Counted from the first letter of the stretch, positions 24,660 through 38,195 are shown. The stretch: 46,685 bases of DNA from Chiloscyllium plagiosum (GCF_004010195.1 NC_057719.1:58787869-58834553), one strand, 5' to 3'. Notes: a model not told the origin generated them from the sequence alone. Program-made: numbers and translations.

Positions 24660-25099
24660 TCTCTGCATTTGGAACAGGTGATGTGTTGGATGCTGAAGAA
24701 CTAGGGGCAAAGGACAGTGTCCCAAGCAAGAGGAGGACACTGGGGAGGAGGAAGCTGTCATTGTCTATGACAGAGCTCAGCTGTGATGGGCACCATTAGC
24801 TACTCAGGTTCTCATTAAGACCAGCTTCTAATAGATGACAGATGGGTGCAGTGGGTAATCATGGACTGTAAAATATTGATTACATATAATGTGTGTTCTC
24901 ATTTGCAACAATATGGAGAACCTCCACCTCGCTTGGGTTTGTTTTTGTTTGCTCTGTTGTCTGGTAATAAAAGCATTTGTCTGCATATGATATTCCCCTC
25001 ATGGACAATGACGAGCTGCTAGTCTCCAATGGGCATTGAGGTAGATCTTCAGATGGTGGATCGAAGGACAATTGACGTGTACGGCCTGGTAGTTAAAAA

Positions 25100-25360
25100 A
25101 CGACTATGGTGAGAGAATGGGATTGTTTGAGTGAGGGTGTGTGACTTTCTGGTTGCTGTGCCATGATATTTTCAATGAGCGGGTAATACTGATTGTCAGT
25201 GCTTGTTCAGATGCATGGCAGCTTTTCCCAGATGGCATGGGTGCAAGGGATTTCAGTTTCTCAGTGAATATCTGTTGAATGGTGAGTTGTTCTGGGAGCT
25301 TGTGGTCACATGGGGCCAGAATCGGATGTAATAGATGCCATAGGTGTGGTAAGTTGTCAA
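25100..25360 (-). mobile_element. Possible Harbinger Myb/SANT ORF remnant
   Basis: Weak resemblance to the 7250-7760 remnant, and adjacent to the transposase remnant in opposite orientation. Confidence 0.3.
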
Positions 25361-25619
25361 TCAAGTGGATTTGGTAAGTTATGGTCGGAAAACTCTCAAG
25401 GCTTCACAGAAAAACTCCTTTCAAATTACTGAATGCAACTGAGATTTGGACAAAAGCAACAGTAAGATTCAGCCTGCAATGTTTGCAATTCTCCAGTTCT
25501 TTGGCATCTCCCCTGACTCTAGTCCTACTGAAAAGTTATGAACAGTGTGCCTGCAATTTCCATCTTCAATATCTTTGGATGGACTTCCTCTGGTCCTGGA
25601 GTTATATTAACTTTAAGTA

Positions 25620-26330
25620 CTGAACATTGCTCCAAAATGGTTTTCTTATCAAATGTGAACCCTTTTTAATGACTTGAATGTCCTCCTCTGTCACTAAGAC
25701 CTGTTAGAATCCACCTCCTTAATATTCACTTAATACCCACTGTTACCCATTGCCTCCATGTGTAAATTCCCTAATTGGTCCTACACCTCCTTTTACCACC
25801 ATTTTTACTACAAAATAGAGGACAGTCCAGCACAGCACAGTAGCAGGCCCTTCACCAATCATATCTGAGTGAATGTGATGTCGTTTTAGACTAATCCTAT
25901 CTGCTATCTACTCTTTATTGCCTTTACAAGACTTTGGGATTTCCCTTTATGTTGGCTGTCAGTCTTATCTCATAATCCTCCTTTACTTCTATAATATGCT
26001 TTCTGTCTTCCACAATTAACTTCTGTGTGCTTCTCTGTTCTCGATTATACGTGCTATCTAAAACCTTCCAGAAGCCTGCTTTCTTCTTTAGTGTAATTTC
26101 CCTCTCCTTTTTCATTTGAGGAACTCTGGATTTGTTCGTCCTACCTCTTCCTTGTGAGAGAACATGCATTAACTATGCCTGAACCATTTGTTATTTGAAA
26201 ATAGTCCCACTTTCAAATTTCCTACCAATGTTTTGATTCTGTCTATCCAGCATACCTCTTCCATGCCCCATTGAAGTCAGCTGCCCACAATTAATTGAAC
26301 TTACTCTGCCTTTCTACAGTCATTTTCTAT
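25620..26330 (-). mobile_element. Degraded CR1 ORF2 fragment
   Basis: ORF 25924-26169 ends KEDYEIRLTANIKGNPKVL, a CR1 tether-region motif. Confidence 0.65.
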
Positions 26331-26337
26331 TGTCATC

Positions 26338-26497
26338 GAGGCATTTGGATGGGTATATGAATAGGAAGGGTTTGGAGGTATATGGGCCGGGTGCTGGCAG
26401 GTGGGACTAGATTGGGTTGGGCTATCTGGTCGGCATTGACGGGTTGGACCGAAGGGTCTGTTTCCATGCTGTACATTTCTATGACTCTATAACTCTA
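26338..26497 (+). mobile_element. CR1 3' UTR fragment
   Basis: GGCATTTGGATGGGTATATGAATAGGAAGGG...GGACCGAAGGGTCTGTTTCCATGCTGTACA..CTATGACTCTATAACTCTA. Same family as 3890-4438 and 27229-27678. Confidence 0.85.
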
Positions 26498-26559
26498 AAT
26501 TATAAAATTGTAGATAGCTCAGACAAATGTTATTCAACCCATCATGTTGTACTTCTCTG

Positions 26560-27170
26560 TAAGAACAACTCACCTACTCCCATTCCTTCACCTTTTCCCT
26601 AAAGCCATGCACATTTTTATCACTTCAGATAATTATCTAATTCTCTCTTGAAGGGCTTGATTTAATCAGCCTCCACCATATCTCAGACAAAGCATTCCAA
26701 GTTCTGAAGCACTTACTGCTTCAAAAAAAGTGTTCCCTTATGCTAGTTTTACTTCCTTTGTTCATCACTTTGTTTCTTGATCATCCTGCCAATGGAAACT
26801 TGTTCTTCCTATTTCGTTTGTCCAGATCCCTTGTTACTTTGAATATCTCAACTAAATCTCTCAATTTTCTCTTCTCTATGGAGAGCAGTCTTAGCTTCTT
26901 CAATCCATACATGTAACTAAAGTTCCATACCCTTCAAACTACTCATTGTTTTTGCACTCTCACTGATGCTTTCACATCTTTCCTGAAAACTGGTGCCCAG
27001 AACTGCACTCAGTACACCAGTGGAGGCCAAGTCTACAGTTCATGCAGGTTTATCATAACCTCCTTATTTTTGGACTCTTTGCCCCCATTTGTAATGTCCA
27101 GAATCTCAACAGTTTAGTTAACCGCTTTCTTATGCAATGCCACTGCTTTCAATAATTTGTGCACATATAT
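26560..27170 (-). mobile_element. Old CR1 3' fragment
   Basis: GGTGCCCAGAACTGCACTCAGTACACCAGT is the reverse complement of an LEYCVQFWAP-type motif. Confidence 0.6.
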
Positions 27171-27228
27171 ATATCATATTGCTGAAAAAGGACACATTTG
27201 TCAAGTCTTTTCATCTTGCACTTATCAG

Positions 27229-27678
27229 GGTTGGAGGGTTTGAGCTACAGGGAGAGGCTAAATAGGCTGGGGCTGTTTTCCATGGAGCACGGAGGCTTAG
27301 GCGTGACCCTATAGAGGTTTATAAAAATCATGAGGGGCATGGGTTGGGTAAATAGACAAGGTATTTTCCCTCTGGTGGGGGAGTGCAGAACTAGATGGCA
27401 TAGGTTTAGTGTGAGGGGGGAAAAATTTAAAAGGGACCTAAGGGGCAAATGTTTCATGCAGAGAGTGGTGCGTGTATGCCATAAGCTGCCAGAGGAAGTG
27501 TGGAGGCTGATACAATTACAACATTTAAAAGGCATCTGGATGGATATATGAATAGGAAGGATAGAGGGATATGAGCCAAGAGCTGGTAAATGGGACTAGA
27601 TTAATTTAGGATATCTGGTTGGCATGGACGAGTTGGACCGAAGGGTGTGTTTCCGTGCTGTACATCTCTATAATTCTG
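27229..27678 (+). mobile_element. CR1 3' fragment
   Basis: LSYRERLNRLGLFSME..YKIMRGM..FMQRVVRV followed by the family 3' UTR. Confidence 0.9.
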
Positions 27679-30600
27679 AAGAGTACCAAGGCAAAGGAAA
27701 AAGGTATGCTTTCCTTTATGAACAGAAAGTGCTGATTGCTTGGCAATACTCAAATTTTGAACAGCCAAATGATTACCTTTAATTTGTATTCCCTCTTGTC
27801 ATTCTTCTGATCAAAATACAGTATTTCCAATCTGTTTATGTGAAAGAACTGATTTTTAATTTTTATATCATACCTTCTTGTCATACTTTCCCAAACTAGC
27901 AGAGATATTTCCTTTTTTTTAAATCTGTTCTCCTTTATACTTTGGAAACTTTTGTCAAATCATTTCTTCATCTTATAAATTCCAGCAAGTACAATTTCTT
28001 TTTATCCATGGGACTTGTGCATTGCAGGCTGAACCAACATATATTGCCCATTCTAGTTGCCTTGAAAAGGTTTGTGTAATTTCTCCTCACACTTGGGCCA
28101 GAATTTAACATCCCGCCCTAGGCTGGGCTGAAGGTGGGGAATGAATGTGTAAAGTTGTGCTGTGTTCGGGGCCATGCCCACCCATTTCCTCACCTCTGCT
28201 GGTATTTACCAGTGGGAGGTGTGTGTCAGGTGGCCTCTTGCTGTTGAGTCAGTTATGGTTTTTAAATAAGCACTTAATTGCTACTTACCTGCCTCCTCTC
28301 ACTGCTGCAGGGGGTATCCATATTGTGGTGGGGCCAGATGTACTCTGAAAGCCCATGTGGCTGGGTGAGAATTTGTTCACATCAGACACTTTGTGCACAT
28401 GGAGGGCTCCTCTAGCAGAAAGGACCATCCTTGTCCCAACCATTCTACCTATTGATCCACCATATGTGCCCCCATGACCATGGTGCACCGACTTTCCTCA
28501 ACTTTGGCTACCAGCATCACCCCTGCTTGGGGATTAATTCATCAAGTAACTGCTGCAGCATGGGAATTCAATGTTTGTGAAATACAGATGTCAGAATGGA
28601 AGAAGATATAATGTGCCCTGAATAGGTACTAATGACTGTCCTAATTTTGCAGAGCATGTATTGGGATTGGTCATTTACTCATCAGAGTGGCTATATTAAT
28701 TCCAGAAAAGACAATACGTATGTACATATATTAAATGGACCAAAAGGACCCTGAATCCAGCAAAGATTTCAGATCGACAGCTAGATGGCATTTCTAGTAT
28801 ATGGAATGAATTGTCTGTTGTGGCCAAAGGTTAGGATTGCTCAGAGACTACCAACAAAACCAAAATTACATGTTTCCAGTGATTTGTCATCATACAGTGG
28901 CAAAAATACAAGTTCCCATTATGTCATACTGTCAACATGGATGAAATATGCATTGATTTCAATATGGTCAGCAATCAGTGAAGGGAATAAGTTTGGAAAC
29001 AGTTCCACTGAAAACCATGGGGCATGAGAAGACAGTCTTCTCTGAGGTACTAACCTGCACGGCCACCGAAATAAATTTAAAGTCTATGGTAATTTCTAAA
29101 CATAAGACCACTTTGAAATCAAGTTTGTTGCGGGAGATTTTAAATATGTCCATGGTAATGGTTTGTTAGGTAAGGATAGAGTGAAGTTGTGGATTGGAGT
29201 AGTCCAATATCAGCATCCCAATGATGTGCAAGATAAATGAAGCTTGTTAGTGTGGGACATCTTCAGATGGCATGTAACCAATAAGATGAAGAAGTCTCTG
29301 CAAATAAATAATGACAACATAATAGATATACCCAGAAGTCTAACATCTATAGTTTAACCTTTGGATGAATGCCTCAACAAGACATTGAAGAACCACGTTC
29401 ATGCAGGATGTAACAGGTTCGTTGTTGGTGGAGAAGGGACCTCCACAAAGAGTGGAAATGTACATATTGTCCCACTTGATATTTCATGTCATTCCATCAT
29501 CAAATCATGGGATGATATTAACATACAAATAGGTAATTTGACAAATGTAGGATATGCTATTAATTGAATGGAGAGAAGATCATTTGTTGTGGAGGGATGA
29601 TTCTGCAATTGAAAGTGTCAAACCTGATCCAGTGTGGATCCTTACAATAATGCCATTGCTGAAGTGACTCAGAATAGTTTTGCTGCAGTCTTTGCAGCAG
29701 ATGCAGGAGATGATGCTGTACCATTTTTAAAATTATAAAGACCATGCTTTTTTAGTTTTGTGTTTGTAATTTTGGACTGAAATGAACAAAGAACTGCTTT
29801 AAAACTAAGGATAGCTGTATGATTTGAAAGCAAGTTATTTGATACTCATAATGAATACAATTTGTGCAGCTGTGGGTTATAACAGTGTTTGCAGATGAGC
29901 TGGCTCAAAGGGTCATGTACAGATGGAGCTTTGGTTGGCAACAACTAGTTGATTGGTCTTTGTACTAGTGACCTGTTATTGATGACAAAGATCTTCTGAT
30001 TAGCTCTCAGGCAACTGAACAGCTTGTCCTGCGAACAAGCTCCAGAGAATCCATCAAGTCACTACCAGTCCGGAGCTCTTTCTCCTTCCTCTGCATAAGC
30101 TACATTAGACCTGAATAAAACTAATTTATTTTTCATTCATCAGTTGCTGTAAACTATGATTTTTTAAATTGATAAATCAGAGATCTTTTTAGAAATGAAC
30201 TAGCTACCTGTGCCTCTTGCAAACCAGTGGAAGCATCCAGTGAATGACAACTGAGAAGCAGCATTCTGACTAGTACTAGAATCATAAGAATCATCTTCGC
30301 AACCTTTGTGAACAGGAACCATGAAACTCTTTTTCCAGTTTTTCCCTCTATCCATAATCCATGATATTTTATGTGTGTATGTGCGTGTGTGTGTGTAATT
30401 CAAATCTAATCAGTAATAAACAGTAATTTTTGCTAAGTACAGAACACTGGTCCACACTTTCTGTCAACCTGGGATTAAGAGTCAGGTAAACTGATGAACC
30501 TTTGCATACTTTTAAAATCTTTAACTTTTATGATTACTCTAGGAATAACAAGCTTGATTTCCAGCAAGCTACACACAGTGAGTCATGACAAAATGTTTTG

Positions 30601-31127
30601 ATTACTCCTTTAGAATTAATTAATTTGATAAAAACAGTCAAATCAATTCAATGCAATTTACCGCTGATTACTTTTTTCACTTTTCAAAATGATGACCACC
30701 TTCATCAACACCAGTTATTCACATTTTACATCTAGTGTAAAAGTCAACCCCCTGTTTTGGAAGGATTTTCCAAGGCATCAAGGTCAACATATATGCTGTG
30801 AACTGCAGTGCTTAAGAAGAAAAATTTGGAGTGCTTTGGGGAAAGCGAGGTAGTAGGGTTAATTGGTAGCTTGTTAAGAGCGTAGATACAGGCAACATGG
30901 ATCCAATTACTTTTTTCCTTGCTCTATGAGTGCCAAATATTGGCCATTTAAGGTCACTTCCCATCAGGCCTCAAATGTGAGGTTGGCAATTTTGTATACA
31001 AGATAAATGGTTTTGAACAGATTCCAAGTCCACGTATTTTAATGAGAGCTCCATATAACAATTAAGTGAGAACTCTATATTACTCACAATCCATTGATTA
31101 CTAGCTCCCCATATTAATACACCTGAG

Positions 31128-31350
31128 GTTGGTTGGTTAGCTCAGTTGAGTGTGATGTTTGTGATGTAGTGTGTTGCTAATACCATGGGTTCAATTCCCG
31201 TACTGGCTGAGGCTTACCATGAAAACCTCTCTTTCTCAACCTCTCCCCCTAGCTGAGGCATGGTGATGCTTAGGTTCAACTACTAGCAATTGTCTCTCTC
31301 TAATAACAGCGGCCCCATGGTCCAATAGGATTATAGCAATTTTACCTTTA
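31128..31350 (+). mobile_element. tRNA-derived SINE (second family)
   Basis: A box TAGCTCAGTTG (~31138) and B box GGTTCAATTCC (~31188) at pol III spacing. Body does not resemble the HE1-like SINEs. Confidence 0.7.
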
Positions 31351-31599
31351 TTTATACAATCAATTCTCACCTATTGCCCCATTCCATTAGGCCTCAGGCA
31401 TTCCTTCAGATCTTATTATATTAGACAGGCTGGAGAAGTTCACAAGCAGCATGATGCCTTCCTTGATCTTCAGATGTGAATGGAGTATGGGTACCTCAAT
31501 TAAGATTGCATGATAGGAAACTCTGCCATTCACAATATCCTGCTGTGTTTTATTTTGTGCTTCATTTTTATCCTTTCTTGAATTCATGACGCTGTGGGT

Positions 31600-31722
31600 G
31601 TACCTATACCAAACAGACTGGTTCAGAAAAGTCGCTCACCACCAACCTCTCAAGGGAAGTTAGGAGAAGGCAACAAATACTGGCCTTGTAAGCAAAACTC
31701 TCACTCTATGAATGAATAAAAA
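31600..31722 (+). mobile_element. LINE 3' terminus (L2/CR1-group)
   Basis: GCTCACCACCAACCTCTCAAGGG...ATACTGGCCTTG...TATGAATGAATAAAAA terminal motif. Confidence 0.5.
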
Positions 31723-33084
31723 CAAATTTAAAGTGCTTGCTTAAAATTCTTTATTGAGGTACAAAGAACTTTTAAATCAGAAAAGTAATTTTATTTCTCT
31801 GATTTGTCAGCCTGTGGAGAACATAGAAAATCTTAGCCTGGGAAGAGAAAAGCTGGGAGATAACAGTCAAGTTTTAAGCAATATGAAAGATAATATATTT
31901 GCTAAATTTTATGATGTACATATAGAAAAAAATTGCTTGTGCTATAGGAAATCTGTGAATTTTTGTAACATTGGTTGGGGGTCTTGGAAAAACATGAGAT
32001 AGAGCATCTAGTTGTTAAAATGGTATGTGCATTTGGGTTGAAGTGCAGGTTGTTTAATGTGGGAAGAGTGATCTGAATGTTAATCATGGTGACAGTGAAG
32101 TTACTTCACTATTTTTGGATCGAATGTGACAGATAAGTAAAATTATCACAAATAAGTCGAATAGTAAATGCATAAAATAACATGGTCACTTTTTAATTGT
32201 GTCTTTTCATGGATGAGAAATATTACTTTAACTGTTCCACCAGATAGAGGCAAGGGAAATAAATGTAAATTCACTAACATTATCGATGACATATTTTGAG
32301 TATCATATTTTAGGCCAATCAGACAACAAAGCTATATATGAATGAAATTGTCAGGCTGATAGATTTTACAGGCTTCTTAACTTTATTAAAATCTCATTTA
32401 TGTTAAGCTTGAATATTTATCCTGTGCTTTATTTAAGAAATGGGCAAGAAAGACAAATGCTAGTTTATGCGCAGCCTTTACAGGAGAGTAGCTGTGCTTA
32501 AGTTGTTGATATGCTTTGCAACTGCAATATTTTTCAGAGCAATGAGATTATGCATATGGATTTAGTATTTAGTTATGCCTATCACACAATATATTTGGAT
32601 TTAAATAATCAACTTCATCTACTTCTAAGCTTGGTTGCAAATTATGTGTTTTTATGTGTCTTGGTTGAAGATCAGTTGGGTTGCATTTTTTCACTTTAAC
32701 TGTAAGTTAGATTTTGCATTATGAAAATATGTTGTGTTGTATATTATAGATTTGAGATAACATTAACATAATACCTTCAAGCATTATCAATGTTGGAGTT
32801 CCTGAACAAAGCCTCCTGTGCCAACTACTCTGGCTGCCTGCCAGCAGGCATTAGATCTGGATGAGTTCATGTAGAACTATCTTACTTAGTTCCCAGGGTT
32901 AAGATTGTCCCCAGATGCTTAGGGTACAATATCCACTTTGGGTGGCAGCTATACCATCCCCACTCATCTGAACATGAGTATTATACGGCCTCATGTGAGA
33001 GGAAATGTTAAATTTCAAACCATAATGCCCATTGTTAATACAAGGATTACTTAAAAACACTGCACCAGCGCATGTCCACTTTAT

Positions 33085-33211
33085 TCCTGATGAAGGGCTT
33101 ACGCCCGAAATGTCTATTCTCCTGCTCCTCGGATGCTGCCTGACCTGCTGCGCTTTTCCAGCACCACATTCTCGACTCTGATCTCCAGCATCTGCAGTCC
33201 TCATTTTCTCA
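33085..33211 (+). mobile_element. Penelope-like pLTR-derived short element, family 1, single arm, 13-bp TSD
   Basis: Flanked by ATGTCCACTTTAT (33072-33084) and ATGTCCACTGTAT (33212-33224). Starts TCCTGATGAAGGGCTTACGCCCGAAATGTC (hammerhead core 33087-33114). Confidence 0.87.
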
Positions 33212-36200
33212 ATGTCCACTGTATGTTGAAGATCCAGGTCACTTACCAAATGACAAATTGCATGGGATTGCATGCTAGTATTTAAATGAGGAGACTGTGG
33301 AAAATTCAGGGAAGGACCCTCCGTGAACTTCCAGTACAATGTTGGTGCTGTCCATACATAAAGATCTGAATTCCAGCTTCACAGTTGGATTATGTTACAA
33401 AATTGTTCTTACTGCGATGGGGCCTAATATGCAATTATCAGAATAAAAATAAATTGCCAATAATAGTTAAACGATTTTAATAGCAGCTTTATATTGCACT
33501 TTGAATTAAAAATAAAACCAAGAATCTGGTGAAGATAAGGGTTAAAATGCACCACATATTTGTGCTAACACAGTTGAGCACTGTGCTCCTATCAGTAACA
33601 ACAAGAATTTTGAAGGTTTAAAAGATTTAATTTTTAGATAGTGGAAATGGGGAGAGGAACAAAGTGGTAATTCATGCGTTGAAGCAACAGCAAAGTATTA
33701 CTATTGAACTGATTTACATTCATTGCTGTTGGTCAGGTTAGGCACAGATGCAAAGTGAGCTTTAGGCTACTTGGCTGATATTGTAATTGGGTGAATTTCT
33801 TGGAGAGAACTGGGTTACTTGTTCAGTTGAAAACCTGTGATGCTAAACTAAAATCAGTACAGATGCATGAAATTATCTGCTTGGAGTTCTTGTTGTGCTT
33901 ATGTTTAATTTAATCATTTTAAGTTGGGGTTTGTGCAATGAAGATTGGCTTTAGTACTTGTTTGCATAATTGTTGTTAAGTAATCTTGATCACTAGATTG
34001 ACAAAGTATTATTTTCGGTTTAATAGGGTTTAGCTCTATTTAAATTTTTTGTGTTTGCTTGAGCAAGACTGAAAGTTTATTTCAGGGAAGAAATGTCTAT
34101 TGTGTTAACTGTGTGAAATATACTTCTTTTCAGCATTTGGAATTGTTGTAATCTGATTTCAGGTGAGACTGGCTTTTCTGTCTACTTTACACCTGAAGAC
34201 AGAAAAATAGATTGCAAACAAAGCTGGTGCCAAATAGCAGTTTTGATGAAATTGAAGTTCCTATTCATCTGATACTAAAATATAAAGAACAGCAGCTATC
34301 ACCTGAAGCTAACATTTGTAGCTTTACCTTTAAGGTTTTTCCATTACTCTGTATTAATTTTATAGCCGGGTTCCATAGACCATGAAGGCTCTATTTTGAG
34401 ACAGCATTACTAAGTTGATTGCATTTAGTTATCCATCATATCCAAAATTTTCCACCCTCCTCTCTAGATCTTGAAGTGCAGTAAAATCTGTAGTAAAATC
34501 TATTTATTCAAATCTATACAGTTGTCTTACCCTGATTCTTATCCTGTTGTATATACAAATTTGTTATAACCATTGCTTCCAATTCTATATTTATTACTGA
34601 AATCAAATGTTAACGTTTATGGTGGAGAAATCTGTTTATTTTGTTCTGCTTCTGGTGATGCTACACATTCACTTGTATAATGCAGCATCAATGATAGGGC
34701 AGTGGCTGCTCCACAGAGTTAATGTAAATCTGTGTGGCATCATTAAGAGTATAAATTAATTTCTCCCTTTTTATATTTAAGAAATGAAGGATCCTTGATT
34801 GCTTCACTTGCTTATTTCTTTGCATAGCTGAGCTTGCTTGGGCTGCATCAGACCGTGGGTGGGTGTTTTCTTCTAAGTGGTGATGAATATCAAATGCATG
34901 GTCTGCCCACCACTGTGAATGGGAAAGCCCACAGATTGTGTCCCTCTCAAGCAGGTATGTGGTCATCTAGTGGGCTTTGTACTGGATCAACTCTTTGGGT
35001 CAGCAATGCTTGTTCTGCCTGAAATTGTTGGTGAATCAGAGGTTGCTCAGAGGTAGGTAACCTTATAGATGATTTCTAGGTGAGACTATTGATGAGAGAG
35101 AATCAGGAAGGTGTGGAAGCATGAGAAGTGGCTGTCTTTCAGCAGCCAGCCCCTTACCATTTCTGATCTATGCTCTTGATCGGCTGAGACTGAGGCCCAC
35201 AATTGCCTCAAACAGCCCAGGGAGGTCACTGCACAGAACTGGTTGGAAGGCTTTAATTAACTAGTTAACGGTCTGAATTGGTAACAGGACACGCTGAGGA
35301 CTTAATTCCTGCATTGGCAAGAAGGTTAATTGGTCTATTCCTGATATCTCCTCATCAGATTATCTTGCCCACCTTTTCCCAGGAGGACAATTGTGAGAAA
35401 ACGTGGTGACCTTTTTAAGCCTAGAAATAGGTTTCAAACTGCAAATTTTTAAGCATCGCCAAAACCACCCACAATATTATGCACTTTAAAACTCCTCCCA
35501 ACCCACATTCCATTTATCACTCTTATCTATTACTTTATCACCTGTGTTCAATGTCTTAATCACTCCATCTTTTGCCACATCACATCACAAAATTCAACTT
35601 GCCTAATACTTTGCCCAGATCCTCCCTCAACCATGACTCATTCTTGTTCATTGTTCCAGTAATGCACCAAGGTCAACGTTCTTTCTGTCAACAAAGAAAA
35701 CCCTCCATTTTACTTGTGTGACAAATGCATGGCATCCATATCTTTCTTAGTCTTCGTAGTGTTTTTGGATGTTGAACTCGAAAAAGTTGCTATATAGTTA
35801 TATATATGTGTATATTGCATCACACGCTCAGAATACAGATACCATCTGTTCATCACTAATGATATTGTAGTCCGATTCATTTTAGGAACCTTTGGGAAGA
35901 ACTAATTTAGATAACATTTGTTTGAATTACTGACTGAAAGATTCATCATTGAAATCTGGGGATTGATTTTAAATGGAGATATACTGAGAGCAGAGATAAT
36001 TAAAGGGGAACTCCTGTAGGAAGCCAACGTGAAGACTGGCCCCCTGTCATTCCTGGACCTTGTTTGGTAAAGTACCACAAGCTTTAACTTAAACCTGGTG
36101 GCAGTGAAATTGGGGCCAATGGGTATAAAGTGATGTCCCGAGAGCTTTCTCCCATGCAATCAGATGTTCCTCCACCATAGAACTTGCTGGGTTTACAATT

Positions 36201-37959
36201 AACAGCTAATGATAACTAACCTTTGGGAGCAGAAGGCTTTGTGGCTTCTCAATGTCACTGAGTGTTTTGGATCCTGTTGGACAGGATGGAGTGAACTTTA
36301 CTCCTTCATCTACACATTGTAATATATTTTCAAACACCCAAGCAAGAATGCCCATCTCACTTTCCCTGACTCGTTTCTGGGGAAGTCACCTGGCTACCTC
36401 TATGTTTCTTTCCTCCGTGGCAGTGATGATGTACAGATGGGACACTACCTTTTCTTAACTCTTTCTGCATGCATGCACTGCCAACCTCTGTGGCTTATGA
36501 CATTGGCTCATTCTCATTGAAAGCTATCTCAATGCTGGCCAGTTTTCAATAGTGCTATGGCTCTTGGCCTTGCAGCGGGGTTTGTAGGCACACAGGGCAC
36601 ACATTCCTTCCATGTTCAGAAGCAGCACACATCCTCAGACTCCTCAAATTGGTGTGACTGCTGGAGGGTGAGCACCCAGAGCCTATCAACAGAGTCTGAC
36701 ATTACACTCATACTGCTAGACTGACTAAGGTCATTGAAGCATTTCTGTTCCTCCTTACCCCACTTTAGGCTGCTGTCGGTCTCAGTAATCCCAACTTGGT
36801 AATGGCATGGGGTGGGGTGGTCCTCTCCTGACACACTCTAAAAAGAAGACCTCATTCCTAATTCCTATCCCTCACTGACTCAAGGAGGTTCTCTCGGTCA
36901 CCTTCCCTCTTTGCCTTTTTTCATTCGCCATTGATGCACCAACAGTAATGGGTTTTGTGATGCCTACACTTGTGCAATCCTATCCACATGTGAACACAAA
37001 TAGGGTTGCAGCCAAATAGTAGCCTACCAATTGAAAATCAGGATTGCTTCTGAGATCATGCTGGGAGTCAGAAATAGTCCTAATGTGCCCCTAATATAAA
37101 TTTCCCAAACCTGGAGTGAATATCAGGTCAAATGACTTCCATGATGCATTGTTCACTTTCAAGGCTTGTTTTATGAGGAATTTTAATAAGCATTGCTTTC
37201 CTGCTGGTAACAAAAAAAATGAGGATTAAAGTTTTAACTGAGAAAGATAGTTAAATATTTAAACTTTTATTGATGGCTAGGAAATTAAAATTGTGCTCAG
37301 GGGAACTAGGTTCAAGGATAGTTGACATCAGGATGGAAATCAATCAGATGCAAGACACCAGAGCAGACAATGAACAGTTTGTAGTAAAAGGAACCAGTCG
37401 TAATATTTTTTAACCTGCGAACTGGAGGGATTGATTGTAGGCACAGCTCTCAAATAAGGGAAGCACTCCAGTGTGCCGGAGATTGAACGACATTCTATGA
37501 TTGTTCACACTTGCTGAGAATGAAGATATTTGTGGAGGCTCCTCCTCCTGTTAGTTGTTTTATTGTCTACCACCATTCATGGCTGGATGTGGCAGGGCTG
37601 CAGAGTTCAAATCTGATCTGTTGGATGTGGGATGTTTAGTCCTGCCTATTGCATGATACTTTTGATGTTTGACATGAAAGTTGTCCTGTGCTGTCGCATC
37701 ACCAGCTTGAAACCTCATTTTTAGAAATGCTAGGTACTGCTCTTGATATGCCCTCCTGCAGTCTTCATTGAGGCAGGGATGATTTCTCAGCTTGATACCA
37801 CAGTAGATTGAGGAACTTGCTGAGCCACGAGTTTACAGATTGTGGTTGAATATGATTCTGCTTCTACTGATAGCCCGCAGTGCTGAAAGTAAGCTGAAGT
37901 TTGAGTTCCGAGGTCTGTTCCAAACATGTACCATTTAGAATAGTAGTATTGTGACCTTC

Positions 37960-38195
37960 ATCAAGAAGGTTATGAATCTATGGAATTTCCTGCCCAATGC
38001 AGTGGTTGAGGCTTCCTCAGTAAATGTTTTTAAAGCTAAGATAGATAATTTTTTGAATAGTAAAGGAATTAAGGGTTATGGTGAGAGGGCAGGTAAGTGG
38101 AGCTGAGGCCAGAAAAAGATCAGCCATGTTCTTATTGATGGCGGAGCAGTCTCGAGATGTCAGATGGCCTACACCTGCTCCTGGTTCTTATAGCC
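37960..38195 (+). mobile_element. CR1 3' fragment nested in LINE
   Basis: KVMNLWNFLP..FKAKIDNFL and 3' UTR CAGATGGCCTACACCTGCTCCT. Confidence 0.8.

Larger units (their letters stand above)
24040..24830 (+). pseudogene. PIF/Harbinger DDE transposase remnant (HARBI1-like family)
   Basis: INRKGLHLINVQVICEH...CAHYPGSCHDSYIL (ORF 24101-24298), EDKELGPWLMIPL..EFRYSTAQ and CCIILVCFNL. Frameshifts and stops present. Confidence 0.85.

Noticed and set aside
24040..24830. Functional HARBI1 host gene
   Set aside because: Stops, frameshifts and an internal insertion; a decayed transposon copy.
28560..30200. Possible decayed LTR element or additional exons
   Set aside because: Short ORFs without recognisable motifs or convincing paired splice sites.
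32236..32252. CTCF-like CCACCAGATAGAGGC
   Set aside because: The 3' half departs from the GGCRS core.
34134..34162. Micro-exon candidate (TTTTCAG ... CAG|GTGAGA)
   Set aside because: Splice-like signals of this quality arise by chance in AT-rich introns; no supporting homology.
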